Origin: an uncultured Gemmatimonadales bacterium | GTDB taxonomy: Bacteria; Gemmatimonadota; Gemmatimonadetes; Gemmatimonadales; GWC2-71-9 | Reading direction: 5' to 3' | Assembly (NCBI GenBank): GCA_963730185.1 | Contig: CAVSQW010000015.1 | Location: forward strand, 96,001 to 160,000 | Length of the DNA stretch: 64,000 bases | In this document: in pieces, positions 12,242 to 21,113 of the stretch | Layout of the letters: every line of letters starts with the position of its first letter | Numbering within the stretch: position 1 is the first letter of the stretch | Position numbers and translations under genes: made by a program | The notes under the pieces: model-generated | The model's input: the letters and a program-made list of their open reading frames with translations, nothing else | Told to the model about the DNA's origin: nothing | The model's database searches: none

Positions 12242-13338
12242 CGGGGCACGCCTTCCGGCGCGGGGCGAACCTGACCCTCGTCGACTTCAATGATCGGGAG
12301 GTCCAGCTCCTCCGGCACCTCATCTCGCCGCGGGGCCGTCACGAACACCTGAGGGGCCCGTCCGGCGCCAAGGGCTTGGGCCAGCCGGCGCTGACGGTCG
12401 CGGTCCAGCTCGGCGAACACGTCGTCGAGGAGGAGGGCCGGCTCGACTCCGGCCCGCTCGGCGATGGTCCACCGCTCGCAGAGCTTCAACGCCACCGCGG
12501 CGGTCCGTTGCTGGCCGGTGGAGCCGATCTCCCGGAGCGACCGGCCGCCCAGACTGAGGGCCAGGTCATCCCGGTGCGGTCCCATGGTCGTGGCGCCGGT
12601 CACCAGGTCGCGCTCGCGGGTCTGGTCGAACCGGGCCGGCCAGGCCGCCGGATCGGCCAGTTCCTCGCGGCCACGGTAAGCCAGGGTCACGTCGAGCGGC
12701 TCGCCCAGCTCCCGGGTGGCGTCGGCCCAGCGCTCGCCGTAGTCGGCCACCCACTGGAGCCGGTGCCCGATCAGCCGGCTCCCGGCCACGGCGAGGGCCC
12801 CCTCGAACGCTCCCGCCGCCGTTGCCTGGCCCTGACGGAGCGCGGCGTTTCGCTGCTCGAGGGCGGTGCGATAGCGGCGCGCGGCCCGGAGGTAGTCCCG
12901 GTCGGTCAACGAGAGGACCCGGTCCAGGTACTGCCGCCGCTCGCTCGCCCCGCCGGAGACGAGCCGGACGTCGTCGGGCAGGAAGGCGACGGCCAGCCAG
13001 GCGCCGAGGGCGTCGGTCAGCCGGGTCTGCTCGGCGCCGTCCACCGCGACCCGCTTCCGACGGCCCTCCCGGGCAAAGCCGGCCTCGACCTGGGCGTCGG
13101 GCAGCCCCTCGCGAGCGACCGTGACCCGGAGGTGAAAGGCGTCCTGCCCGAAGGTGATCAGATCGAGGTCCCGCGCTCCTCGCACGCTCCGGAACAGCAC
13201 CGGGTAGTAGAGGAGCTCGAGCAGGTTCGTCTTCCCATGCCCGTTGGGCCCCAGGAACACGGCTCCCGCCTCCGGGAGATGGAGGTCGACCCCCACCAGA
13301 TTCCGGAATCCACGGGCAACCACCCGCCCCGCCTTCAC
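12238..13338 (-). CDS. recF: DNA replication/repair protein RecF
   Basis: GFRNL, GPNGHGKTNLLE, GPHRDDL, STGQQR, LLLDDVFAELD; GTG 13338 with GGAGA RBS preferred over 13368. Confidence 0.95.
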   Translation of the reverse strand: MKAGRVVARGFRNLVGVDLHLPEAGAVFLGPNGHGKTNLLELLYYPVLFRSVRGARDLDLITFGQDAFHLRVTVAREGLPDAQVEAGFAREGRRKRVAVDGAEQTRLTDALGAWLAVAFLPDDVRLVSGGASERRQYLDRVLSLTDRDYLRAARRYRTALEQRNAALRQGQATAAGAFEGALAVAGSRLIGHRLQWVADYGERWADATRELGEPLDVTLAYRGREELADPAAWPARFDQTRERDLVTGATTMGPHRDDLALSLGGRSLREIGSTGQQRTAAVALKLCERWTIAERAGVEPALLLDDVFAELDRDRQRRLAQALGAGRAPQVFVTAPRRDEVPEELDLPIIEVDEGQVRPAPEGVPR

Positions 13339-13360
13339 GTGCCCGTCTCCCTCACCGGTC

Positions 13361-13476
13361 CCTCCCAATCACGATTCACCACCCCTATTCCCACTCCTAT
13401 TCCCACTCCCTATTCCCAACTCCCTCCCCAATCACCATTCACCACTCCCTATTTCCCGCTCCCCGCTCCCCGCTCC
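13361..13476. repeat. Degenerate tandem heptamer array (C-rich on + strand)
   Basis: Units such as CCCAATC, ACCATTC, ACCACTC, CCTATTC, CCCGCTC x3; almost no G. Confidence 0.85.
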
Positions 13477-14250
13477 CTAGGTCCCGCTCCATTTCGCCGC
13501 CCGCTTCTCGAGAAACGCCTGCGCGCCTTCGCGGGCGTCCTTGGTCTCGAACAGCGAGCCGAAGAGCGACGACTCGAGTGCCAGAGCGTCGTCGAGCTGC
13601 ATCCCGTCCTGGGTGCTGGCCAGCTCCAGGCAGGCCGCGATGGCCAGCGGCGCGTTGGCGCCGATCGCCCGGGCCAGCTTGTCGGCCTCGGCCAGGAGCT
13701 GATCGGCGGCGTAGACGTGGTTCACCAGCCCGATCCGAAGCGCCTCGGCCGCGTCGATCATGCCGCCGGTGGTCAGAAGTTCGATCGCCCGACCCTTCCC
13801 GATCAACCGCGGCAGCCGCACCGTCCCGCCATAGCCCGGCGGAATGCCCAGCCGGACCTCGGGTTGTCCGAATTTGGCGTTCTCGCTGGCGATCCGGATG
13901 TGACACGCCATGGCCAGCTCGCACCCGCCGCCGAGGGCGAACCCGTTCACCGCCGCGAGCCACGGTTTGGCGCTCTTCTCGATGCTTCGGAAGATGCCCG
14001 AGCCCTTCTGGGAGTACTGCCGGGCGGTGGCTCCGCCGAGCGTCTGGAACTCGGCGATGTCCGCCCCCGCCACGAAGGCCTTGGGCCCGGCCCCGGTCAG
14101 GATCGCGGCCCGAATCTCGTCCGCGCGGCGGACTCGGTCCACCGCGTCGCCGAGCCCGTCGATCACCTCCGCGTTCAGGGCGTTGAGCTTGTCGGGCCGA
14201 TTGACGGTGATGACGGCGACGCCGTCGTGTGCCTCGAAGATGACTGACAT
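13477..14250 (-). CDS. Enoyl-CoA hydratase/crotonase family protein
   Basis: NRPDKLNALN, AFVAGADI, VNGFALGGGCELAMAC, FGQPEV, PGYGGT. Confidence 0.93.
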   Translation of the reverse strand: MSVIFEAHDGVAVITVNRPDKLNALNAEVIDGLGDAVDRVRRADEIRAAILTGAGPKAFVAGADIAEFQTLGGATARQYSQKGSGIFRSIEKSAKPWLAAVNGFALGGGCELAMACHIRIASENAKFGQPEVRLGIPPGYGGTVRLPRLIGKGRAIELLTTGGMIDAAEALRIGLVNHVYAADQLLAEADKLARAIGANAPLAIAACLELASTQDGMQLDDALALESSLFGSLFETKDAREGAQAFLEKRAAKWSGT

Positions 14251-14355
14251 GGGCGTAGGGAGTAGGGAGTAGGGAGTCGTGAATAGGGAGTGAGTCGTGA
14301 GTCGTGAGTGAGGCCTGGTGAGCCGTGAGTCGCGAGTCCTGAGTCGTGAGTGGGG
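14251..14355. repeat. Degenerate tandem heptamer array (G-rich on + strand)
   Basis: GGGCGTA GGGAGTA GGGAGTA GGGAGTC GTGAATA GGGAGTG AGTCGTG AGTCGTG ... AGTCGCG AGTCCTG AGTCGTG. Confidence 0.85.
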
Positions 14356-14418
14356 CCAGCTGTGGAAGGTACTCCGAGGCGGGCTTCGACTCTACCGCGA
14401 ACCGGTGGCCGGCAGTAC

Positions 14419-14519
14419 CCTCCCCCTATTCCCCAGTCCCCACGCCCCACGCCCCTAATCCCTACTCCCTACTCACTCCCTACTCCCCATTCACCACTCA
14501 CTACTCCCTATATCTCTCC
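14419..14519. repeat. Degenerate tandem heptamer array (C-rich on + strand)
   Basis: CTATTCC CCAGTCC CCACGCC CCACGCC then CCTAATC CCTACTC CCTACTC ... CCCATTC ACCACTC ACTACTC, running up to the glpK ATG. Confidence 0.85.
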
Positions 14520-16034
14520 ATGTCCGTTCTGGCTCTCGACCAAGGCACCACCAGCTCCCGGGCGCTCGTCATTCATCAGGACGGGCGGATCCTCGGCCGC
14601 GGGCAGCGGGAGTTCGCCCAGCACTTCCCGGAGCCCGGCTGGGTGGAGCACGACCCGCTCGACCTCCTCCGGAGCACCGTGGAGTCGGCCCGGGAGGCCG
14701 TGGCCGCCGCGGGCGAGCAGCCCACCGCGATCGGGATCACCAATCAGCGGGAGACGGTGGTGCTCTGGGACCGGCGGACGCTCGAGCCGGTGGCGCCGGC
14801 GATCGTCTGGCAGGATCGCCGGACCAGCGCCCGCTGTGCCGAGCTCAAGGCGGAGGGAGTGGAGTCGATGGTCCGAGAGCGGACCGGCCTCGTCCTCGAT
14901 CCCTATTTCTCGGCCACCAAGCTGGAGTGGCTCCTCCGCCAAGAGCCCGGTCTCCGGCGCCGGGCCGAGCGGGGCGACCTCGCGGCCGGGACGGTGGACA
15001 GCTGGCTCGTGGCCCGGCTGGCGGGTGGGGCCCCGCATGTCACGGATCCCACCAATGCCTCTCGCACCCTGCTGTTCGACTTGCGGAGGGCGGCATGGGA
15101 CCCCGATCTGCTGACCTTGTTCGGGGTGCCGGCGCCGCTCCTACCCAGGGTGGTGCCGTCGGCCGGCGTGGTCGGCGAGTCGGACCCGGCGGTGCTCGGA
15201 TTCCGGGCACCGATCGCCGGGCTCGCCGGCGACCAGCAGGCGGCCCTGTTCGGCCAGGGGTGCGCCCGGCCCGGCCTGGCCAAGAATACCTACGGCACCG
15301 GGGCCTTCCTGCTCGTCTACACCGGGTCGGAGGCGCCCGAGCCGGGGCCCGGCCTCCTGGCCACGGCGGCCGCGGGCCCCCGCGGCGAGCTGGGTTTTGC
15401 ATACGAGGGAAGCGTTTTCATCGCCGGGGCGGTGATGCAGTGGCTCCGGGACCAGCTGGGGGTGCTCCCCGCCGCGGCCGAATCGGAGGCGATGGCGCGT
15501 TCGGTGCCGGATACCGGCGGGGTCCATTTCGTGCCGGCGTTCGTGGGGCTGGGATCGCCCCATTGGGAGCCGGAGGCCCGAGGGACGATCACCGGGTTGA
15601 CCCGGGGCACGACCCGGGCCCATCTGGTGCGGGCGGCGCTCGAGTCGATGGCCTTCAGCAGTCGGGACCTTCTGGAGACCATGGTGGCCGCGGGCCACCT
15701 CGACGTCTCCCGGCTCCGGGTCGACGGCGGCGCGACGGCCAACGACTGGCTGATGCAGTTCCAGGCCGATCTCCTGGGGATTCCGGTCGAGCGGCCGGAC
15801 TGCGTCGAGACCACGGCCCTCGGGGCGGCGGCGCTGGCCGGGATCGCGACCGGCGTGTGGTCGGGGCTCGATCAGTTCGTCGCCACTCGGACGTTCGCCA
15901 CGTTCGAGCCGTCGGTGGAGCCGGCCGAGCGCGCTCGCTGGACCCGGGGCTGGGAGCGGGCGGTCGGTGCCGCCCTCCACTGGGCCCGGAATGGTCCGGT
16001 CGAGACTGGCCCGAAACCGGGGTCAGGCCATTAG
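14520..16034 (+). CDS. glpK: Glycerol kinase
   Basis: LALDQGTTSSRA, GITNQRET, IVWQDRRT, DPYFSATK, GDQQAALFG, KNTYGTG, LRVDGG; start set at ATG 14520. Confidence 0.95.
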   Translation: MSVLALDQGTTSSRALVIHQDGRILGRGQREFAQHFPEPGWVEHDPLDLLRSTVESAREAVAAAGEQPTAIGITNQRETVVLWDRRTLEPVAPAIVWQDRRTSARCAELKAEGVESMVRERTGLVLDPYFSATKLEWLLRQEPGLRRRAERGDLAAGTVDSWLVARLAGGAPHVTDPTNASRTLLFDLRRAAWDPDLLTLFGVPAPLLPRVVPSAGVVGESDPAVLGFRAPIAGLAGDQQAALFGQGCARPGLAKNTYGTGAFLLVYTGSEAPEPGPGLLATAAAGPRGELGFAYEGSVFIAGAVMQWLRDQLGVLPAAAESEAMARSVPDTGGVHFVPAFVGLGSPHWEPEARGTITGLTRGTTRAHLVRAALESMAFSSRDLLETMVAAGHLDVSRLRVDGGATANDWLMQFQADLLGIPVERPDCVETTALGAAALAGIATGVWSGLDQFVATRTFATFEPSVEPAERARWTRGWERAVGAALHWARNGPVETGPKPGSGH

Positions 16035-16061
16035 ATTGGAACCACGTTGAAGGGGGAAATC

Positions 16062-16487
16062 ATGAAGCCTGGTTCAAAGTTCGCCATCGGCGCCGCGGTC
16101 ATCATTTTGGCCGTAATCGGCTTGATCTATCAGGGCGTGCAGCAGACGGGCGTGTATTTCCTGAGCCCGACCGAGCTGCTCCAGCGGACCCAGACGGATC
16201 CGTCGTTCCACGATGTCGGCCTCAAGGTGGGCGCCAAGGTGGTGCCGGGCACCATTCGGCGCGATCCGTCCAGCCAGCGGATCGACTTCGAGGTGAGTGA
16301 CGGCCACGCCCAGTTCCCGGTCACCTACACCGGTCTGGTGCCGGACACGTTCACGGACGCCAATAACATCGAGGTGATCGTCGCCGGCAAGCTCGGCCGC
16401 GACGGCGTGTTCCACGCCACGGAGGTGCTGGCCAAGTGCGGATCGCGCTACGAGGCCGAGTTGGACAAGCTCCGCACGGCCAGTTGA
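16062..16487 (+). CDS. ccmE: Cytochrome c maturation heme chaperone CcmE (CxxxY type)
   Basis: N-terminal TM, YTGLVPDTF, FHATEVLAKCGSRY. Confidence 0.92.
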   Translation: MKPGSKFAIGAAVIILAVIGLIYQGVQQTGVYFLSPTELLQRTQTDPSFHDVGLKVGAKVVPGTIRRDPSSQRIDFEVSDGHAQFPVTYTGLVPDTFTDANNIEVIVAGKLGRDGVFHATEVLAKCGSRYEAELDKLRTAS

Positions 16488-16524
16488 TCGAACCCCGGCC
16501 CCCGGCCGCTCGTAGGATTCTCTC

Positions 16525-18552
16525 ATGACACTCCTGGGACAGTTCTGTCTCTGGTCCGCGCTCCTCCTCGGAGCGTGGACCACCGTCGTTTCGTTCTCGG
16601 GGCGCTGGCGCGACCGGCCGGCGCTCGGCCGGGCCCTGATGCGCGCGCCGCTCGCGATCAGCATCGTGCTCTGGGTCGCGGCGGTGGCGCTCTGGAAGGG
16701 GCTCTTCGCCCACGACTTCAACATCGAGTACGTGGCGGCCTATACCTCCCGGAACCTGCCCGACTACTACGTCTTCGCGGCCTTTTGGGCCGGCCAGAAG
16801 GGGTCACTCCTCTTCTGGGCGTTGGTCCTCTCGACCTTCGCTGCCATCACCCAGCTGGTCACCAGCGCCCGGTATAAGGACCTGCTGCCGTACGTCGCCG
16901 GGGTGACCAGCGGCGTGACGGTGTTCTTCCTGATGGTCATGGTGATGGGCGGGGCGAATCCGTTTGCCCGGCTCGACTTCACGCCGATCGACGGGAGCGG
17001 GCTCAACCCGCAGCTCCAGAACCCGGGCATGGTGATGCACCCGCCGATGCTCTACCTGGGGTACATCAGCATCACGATCCCGTTCGCGTTCGCGATCGCG
17101 GCGCTCCTCGCCCGGCGGGTGGACTCGGGCTGGATTCACGCCATCCGGAAGTGGTCGCTTCTCTCCTGGCTCTTCCTCTCGGTGGGGATCACGATCGGGA
17201 TGTGGTGGGCCTACGTGGAGCTGGGATGGGGCGGCTACTGGGCTTGGGATCCGGTGGAGAACGCGAGCCTGCTTCCCTGGCTGACGATGACGGCCTTCCT
17301 CCACTCGGTGATGATCCAGGAAAAGCGGGGGATGCTCAAGCGCTGGAACCTGGGGCTGGTGATCGGCTCGTTCATCCTGAGCGTGCTGGGCACCTTCCTG
17401 ACCCGCTCGGGTGTGATCGCCAGCGTCCACAGCTTCGCCCAGTCGAACGTGGGGTACTTCTTCCTCGGCTTCCTGATCATCGTGGGCGTGGCCAGCTTCA
17501 CCCTGCTCTACACCCGGTGGCCCTCCCTCGAACCCGACGCCAAGCTGGAGTCGCTGGCCAGCCGGGAGGCGGCGTTCCTGTTCAACAACCTGCTTCTGGT
17601 GGGGATCGCCTTCAGCGTCCTCTGGGGGACGCTCTTCCCGATCATCTCCGAGTGGGTCCGGGGCACCAAGATCTCGGTCGGGCCGCCCTTCTTCAACCGG
17701 GTCAACGTGCCGCTCGGCCTCCTGTTGCTGGCCCTGACCGGGATCGGTCCGCTGATCGCCTGGCGGAAGACCTCGATCCCGAACCTCCGGCGGCAGTTCG
17801 TCTTCCCGACCGGCTTTGGGGTGGTGACGGCCGCGGTGCTGCTCGGCTTGGGGATGCGGTCGTTCTACGGACTGATGGCGTTCGCCATCGCGGGCTTCGT
17901 GTCCGGGACCATTCTCCAGGAGTTCTATCGCGGGATCCGGGCTCGGCGCCGGCTGTACGGGGAGAGCACGGTCATGGCCTTCGCCCGGCTGATCGGGCGG
18001 AACCGCCGCCGCTATGGGGGCTACATCGTCCATACGGCGATCGTGATCTACTTCGTGGCCTTCGCGGGCACGTCGTTCAAGACGTCGAAGGAAGCCACCC
18101 TGCGGGTGGGCGAATCGGTCGACGTCAAGAGCCCCTACGGGCACACCTATACGCTCACCCACATGGGGCTGTCGCAGTACGAGGCGCTCAACCGGGTGGT
18201 GACCGCCGCCACGCTCGAGGTGAAGAAGGACGGGAAGTACGTCGGGCGGGTGTACTCGGAGAAGCGCCAGCACGTCGACAGCTTCAAGCGTCCCACCTTC
18301 CAGCCGTCCACCGAAGTCGGGATCATGGGTGGACCGATGGAGGATCTCTACGTGGTCTTCGCGGGGACCGTCGATCAAACCGATCGAGCGTCGTTCGCGA
18401 TCACCATCAACCCGCTCGTCTGGTGGGTCTGGTACGCGGGCGGGCTCCTGGTCTTCGGGGGCCTGATCACGCTCTGGCCCGGTGCTCCGGCGCCGGCCAT
18501 CGTCACGGTCCGAACCCCCGCCCGACCGGCCGAGGAGGCAGTGCCGGCATGA
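16525..18552 (+). CDS. ccmF: Heme lyase CcmF/NrfE
   Basis: GLNPQLQN, HPPMLYLG, WAYVELGWGGYWAWDPVENAS, SVHSFA. Confidence 0.96.
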   Translation: MTLLGQFCLWSALLLGAWTTVVSFSGRWRDRPALGRALMRAPLAISIVLWVAAVALWKGLFAHDFNIEYVAAYTSRNLPDYYVFAAFWAGQKGSLLFWALVLSTFAAITQLVTSARYKDLLPYVAGVTSGVTVFFLMVMVMGGANPFARLDFTPIDGSGLNPQLQNPGMVMHPPMLYLGYISITIPFAFAIAALLARRVDSGWIHAIRKWSLLSWLFLSVGITIGMWWAYVELGWGGYWAWDPVENASLLPWLTMTAFLHSVMIQEKRGMLKRWNLGLVIGSFILSVLGTFLTRSGVIASVHSFAQSNVGYFFLGFLIIVGVASFTLLYTRWPSLEPDAKLESLASREAAFLFNNLLLVGIAFSVLWGTLFPIISEWVRGTKISVGPPFFNRVNVPLGLLLLALTGIGPLIAWRKTSIPNLRRQFVFPTGFGVVTAAVLLGLGMRSFYGLMAFAIAGFVSGTILQEFYRGIRARRRLYGESTVMAFARLIGRNRRRYGGYIVHTAIVIYFVAFAGTSFKTSKEATLRVGESVDVKSPYGHTYTLTHMGLSQYEALNRVVTAATLEVKKDGKYVGRVYSEKRQHVDSFKRPTFQPSTEVGIMGGPMEDLYVVFAGTVDQTDRASFAITINPLVWWVWYAGGLLVFGGLITLWPGAPAPAIVTVRTPARPAEEAVPA

Positions 18553-19142
18553 ATCGACGCGCATTTTTCGGAGGCCTGGCCGGGGTCGGCGTCGTCGCGG
18601 CGCGGGCGTTCGCCCAGAACCCGGCCTCCCGCGACACGACCCGGGGCGCGGCCGATCCGTTACCGTGGCCCGGCGCCGCCGGCGCCGACCGGCCCGTCGT
18701 GCAGGCCAGCGACAACGACCCCACGATCAAGAACCTGGAGAAGCGCTTCCGGTGCACCTGCGGGTGTGGGCTCGACGTCTACACCTGTCGGACCACCGAC
18801 TTTACCTGCACCTACTCGCCCGAGCTTCACCGCGAGGTGGTGGCGTTGATGGAGGCGGGGCAGACGCCCGACCAGGTGGTCGACTCGTTCATCGCCAAGT
18901 ACGGTGAGTCGATCCTGATGGCGCCCGAGGCCAAGGGCTTCGGCGCGATCGGCTACGTCCTGCCCGGCGCCGCCATCCTGGTGGCCGGCTCGGTCCTGGC
19001 CATGATCCTGGTCCGCCGGTCGCGGCGGATGCAGCAGGTCGCCCCGGCCCCCGCCGCGTCGGCCGGCGCCGGTCCGGTCGGCAGCGCGTCCAGTGACGAG
19101 ATGGCCCGGTTGGAGCGGGCCCTCCGGGAGCTCGAATCGTGA
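18549..19142 (+). CDS. ccmH: CcmH-like cytochrome c biogenesis protein with Tat-like signal
   Basis: ATG overlaps ccmF stop; MNRRAFF leader; RCTCGCGLDVYTC..TC; FIAKYGESILMAP plus C-terminal TM; the track ORF from 17151 is over-extended. Confidence 0.8.
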   Translation: MNRRAFFGGLAGVGVVAARAFAQNPASRDTTRGAADPLPWPGAAGADRPVVQASDNDPTIKNLEKRFRCTCGCGLDVYTCRTTDFTCTYSPELHREVVALMEAGQTPDQVVDSFIAKYGESILMAPEAKGFGAIGYVLPGAAILVAGSVLAMILVRRSRRMQQVAPAPAASAGAGPVGSASSDEMARLERALRELES

Positions 19143-19666
19143 TCATCGAGCTGGTCGCGGCGGTGCTGCTCGCGGCGCTGGTGCTCTGGATGGTGGCAGG
19201 CCCCCTGACTGCGGGAGATGCCGGTCGCTCGGCTCCGCTGGACGAGATCGTCCCCGCGGAGGAGACCCGACGGGGTCAAGCGCTCCTGGCGCTCAAGGAC
19301 ATCGACTTCGACCGCGCCACCGGCAAGCTCTCCGAGTCGGACTATGGCCGGCTGCGCGAGAAGTACGTGGCCGAGGCGCTCGACGTGTTGCGGAACGACG
19401 AGGCCGCGGCGGCGCCCCCAACGGCCGATCCGGCCGAGGCCCTGGTGGCCTATCGGGCCCACGTTCTCTCGGGCGGGAACGGCCACCAAGCTACCGTCTG
19501 CCCCAAGTGCGGTCCCCGTCCGGAGGCCGACGCCCTGTTCTGCTCCAGCTGCGGCGAATCGATCGGGGCTGTCGAGCCCTGCGAGTCCTGCGGCGCCAAG
19601 ATGCCCCCGGCCTCCCGGTTCTGTCCCACCTGCGGACAGCGGTCGGAGATCGCGGTCGCCGGGTGA
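19139..19666 (+). CDS. Membrane-anchored CcmI-like N-terminus plus double zinc ribbon protein
   Basis: TM, LKDIDFDRATGKLSESDY..LREKY, then CPKCG/CSSCG/CESCG/CPTCG. Confidence 0.8.
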   Translation: MIIELVAAVLLAALVLWMVAGPLTAGDAGRSAPLDEIVPAEETRRGQALLALKDIDFDRATGKLSESDYGRLREKYVAEALDVLRNDEAAAAPPTADPAEALVAYRAHVLSGGNGHQATVCPKCGPRPEADALFCSSCGESIGAVEPCESCGAKMPPASRFCPTCGQRSEIAVAG

Positions 19667-19745
19667 TCCGGCGGCCGCGACCGGCCGCGATGTCCATCTC
19701 TCGGTCCGGACTTCCGATAGCGTAGCGCGTTTGGGGCCGGGCCCG

Positions 19746-20984
19746 TCAGTGCATTTCCAGCCGTAGCGCCCCGTTGACCACCGAGTTCTCTCCTCGAATC
19801 AGCCAGTTGGCGCCCGCCAGGTACGCCGAGGCGGCGCCGACGTCGTTGACCGCGTTGCCGACCGGGTCGTCGTTGGTCTGGATGACCGAGGACACCGCCT
19901 TGTAGGCGTAGTAGAGCAAAGGCGCGTACTTGAAGACCTTCTGGGCCGGCGAGAGCGTGCTGTCCTTCCCGGCGGTGAGGCCGCTATAGGCCTGGCTCAC
20001 CTCCTTCAGGAGCCGGCTCGTCCGGGTCGAGTCGATCTTGATCTGGCAGGCCGTGTCGTCGTCCTCCACCACGAAGATCACCAAGCTCTTGCCGGGGTGC
20101 TGCTGGTGGTAGGCGTCGAGCTGGGCCTGGCTGAACAGCATGACACTACCGGTCCAATCCGCCCCATTCTGGTCGAACGTATAGGGACCGCCCGCGTGCT
20201 CACCCGCGCACTGGTAGCTGGTCAGGGCCGAGCCATTCCCGTCCTGTCCCAGTACGTGGATCTCGAACTCCGGGTTGCCCTTGAACCAGCCCTCGAAATC
20301 GTTGGGGATCCGGCTCCGGGTCATGAACAGCCCGCTCCCCGTTGGCCCGGTGGCCACCGACCCGCCCCCGCCCCCGCCGCCGGCGTCGCAGTCCATGAGG
20401 CAGGTCAGTGCCGCGGGCCCGGCGTCGAAGTCCAGCTCGGCCTGACTCACCATGAGGACGGGTGTCTCGGGTGGGCGGTCGGGGTCGAGCCGGCGCTCGT
20501 GGCCCTGGAGGTCGAAGGCAACCGGCGCGTCGTGATCCAGCTCCGCGGTGGCCACCAACAGGTCGGGTCCGCCGCGCCAGTGGGTCCGGTGCGCGGGAAC
20601 GGGGAAGTACATCTCGATGCTTCCGCCCGCGAGGTCCTGGGAAATCCGATCGCCGGCCTCGCTGACCAGGTTCGCCATTTCGCGCCGCTCGGCCCCACCG
20701 TCGGCGTCGAGGAAGGCTTGCAGGTGGACCTTCTGCTCCGGGTAGCGCGAGCCGTTGATCGCCCGGTACACCCGGCCCCGGAAGTCCGGGTCGCGGAGGG
20801 CCCGGGCCATCCGTCGGGCGAAGCGCTCGTGGCGGGCCCGGCTGGTGGCCAGGCTCACCGGGTTATCGGGTGGCGCCTCGATCCGGGCGCCGGGATCGGG
20901 GGCGGTGACCGGACCGTCCGGCCGGGAACAGGCGCCCAGCACCAGGCCGGCGCCGAGGATGAGGGTCCTCGTGAATCGAAACAT
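19746..20984 (-). CDS. Lipoprotein of unknown function, DUF3103-like
   Basis: Lipobox LGAC, GGAG RBS; motifs AFDLQG..LDP..PPETPVLMV and DFEGWFKGNPEFEI resemble DUF3103 from memory. Confidence 0.55.
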   Translation of the reverse strand: MFRFTRTLILGAGLVLGACSRPDGPVTAPDPGARIEAPPDNPVSLATSRARHERFARRMARALRDPDFRGRVYRAINGSRYPEQKVHLQAFLDADGGAERREMANLVSEAGDRISQDLAGGSIEMYFPVPAHRTHWRGGPDLLVATAELDHDAPVAFDLQGHERRLDPDRPPETPVLMVSQAELDFDAGPAALTCLMDCDAGGGGGGGSVATGPTGSGLFMTRSRIPNDFEGWFKGNPEFEIHVLGQDGNGSALTSYQCAGEHAGGPYTFDQNGADWTGSVMLFSQAQLDAYHQQHPGKSLVIFVVEDDDTACQIKIDSTRTSRLLKEVSQAYSGLTAGKDSTLSPAQKVFKYAPLLYYAYKAVSSVIQTNDDPVGNAVNDVGAASAYLAGANWLIRGENSVVNGALRLEMH

Positions 20985-21113
20985 GACTCCTCCCGCGGAT
21001 GAGATGGAAGACACGGGCGCGCCCGCTGGGGGGCGGCCGACGTGGCTCCACGGTGCCGAGGGAGGGGGAGAGCGACTGAACCGGGAAAGCGCGAGAGGGC
21101 GCGCCGAAACGCG

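Noticed and set aside
13361..14519. Repeat arrays as CRISPR or as coding N-terminal extensions of recF/glpK
   Set aside because: 7-bp tandem units without spacers, no cas genes; the conserved proteins begin after the repeats
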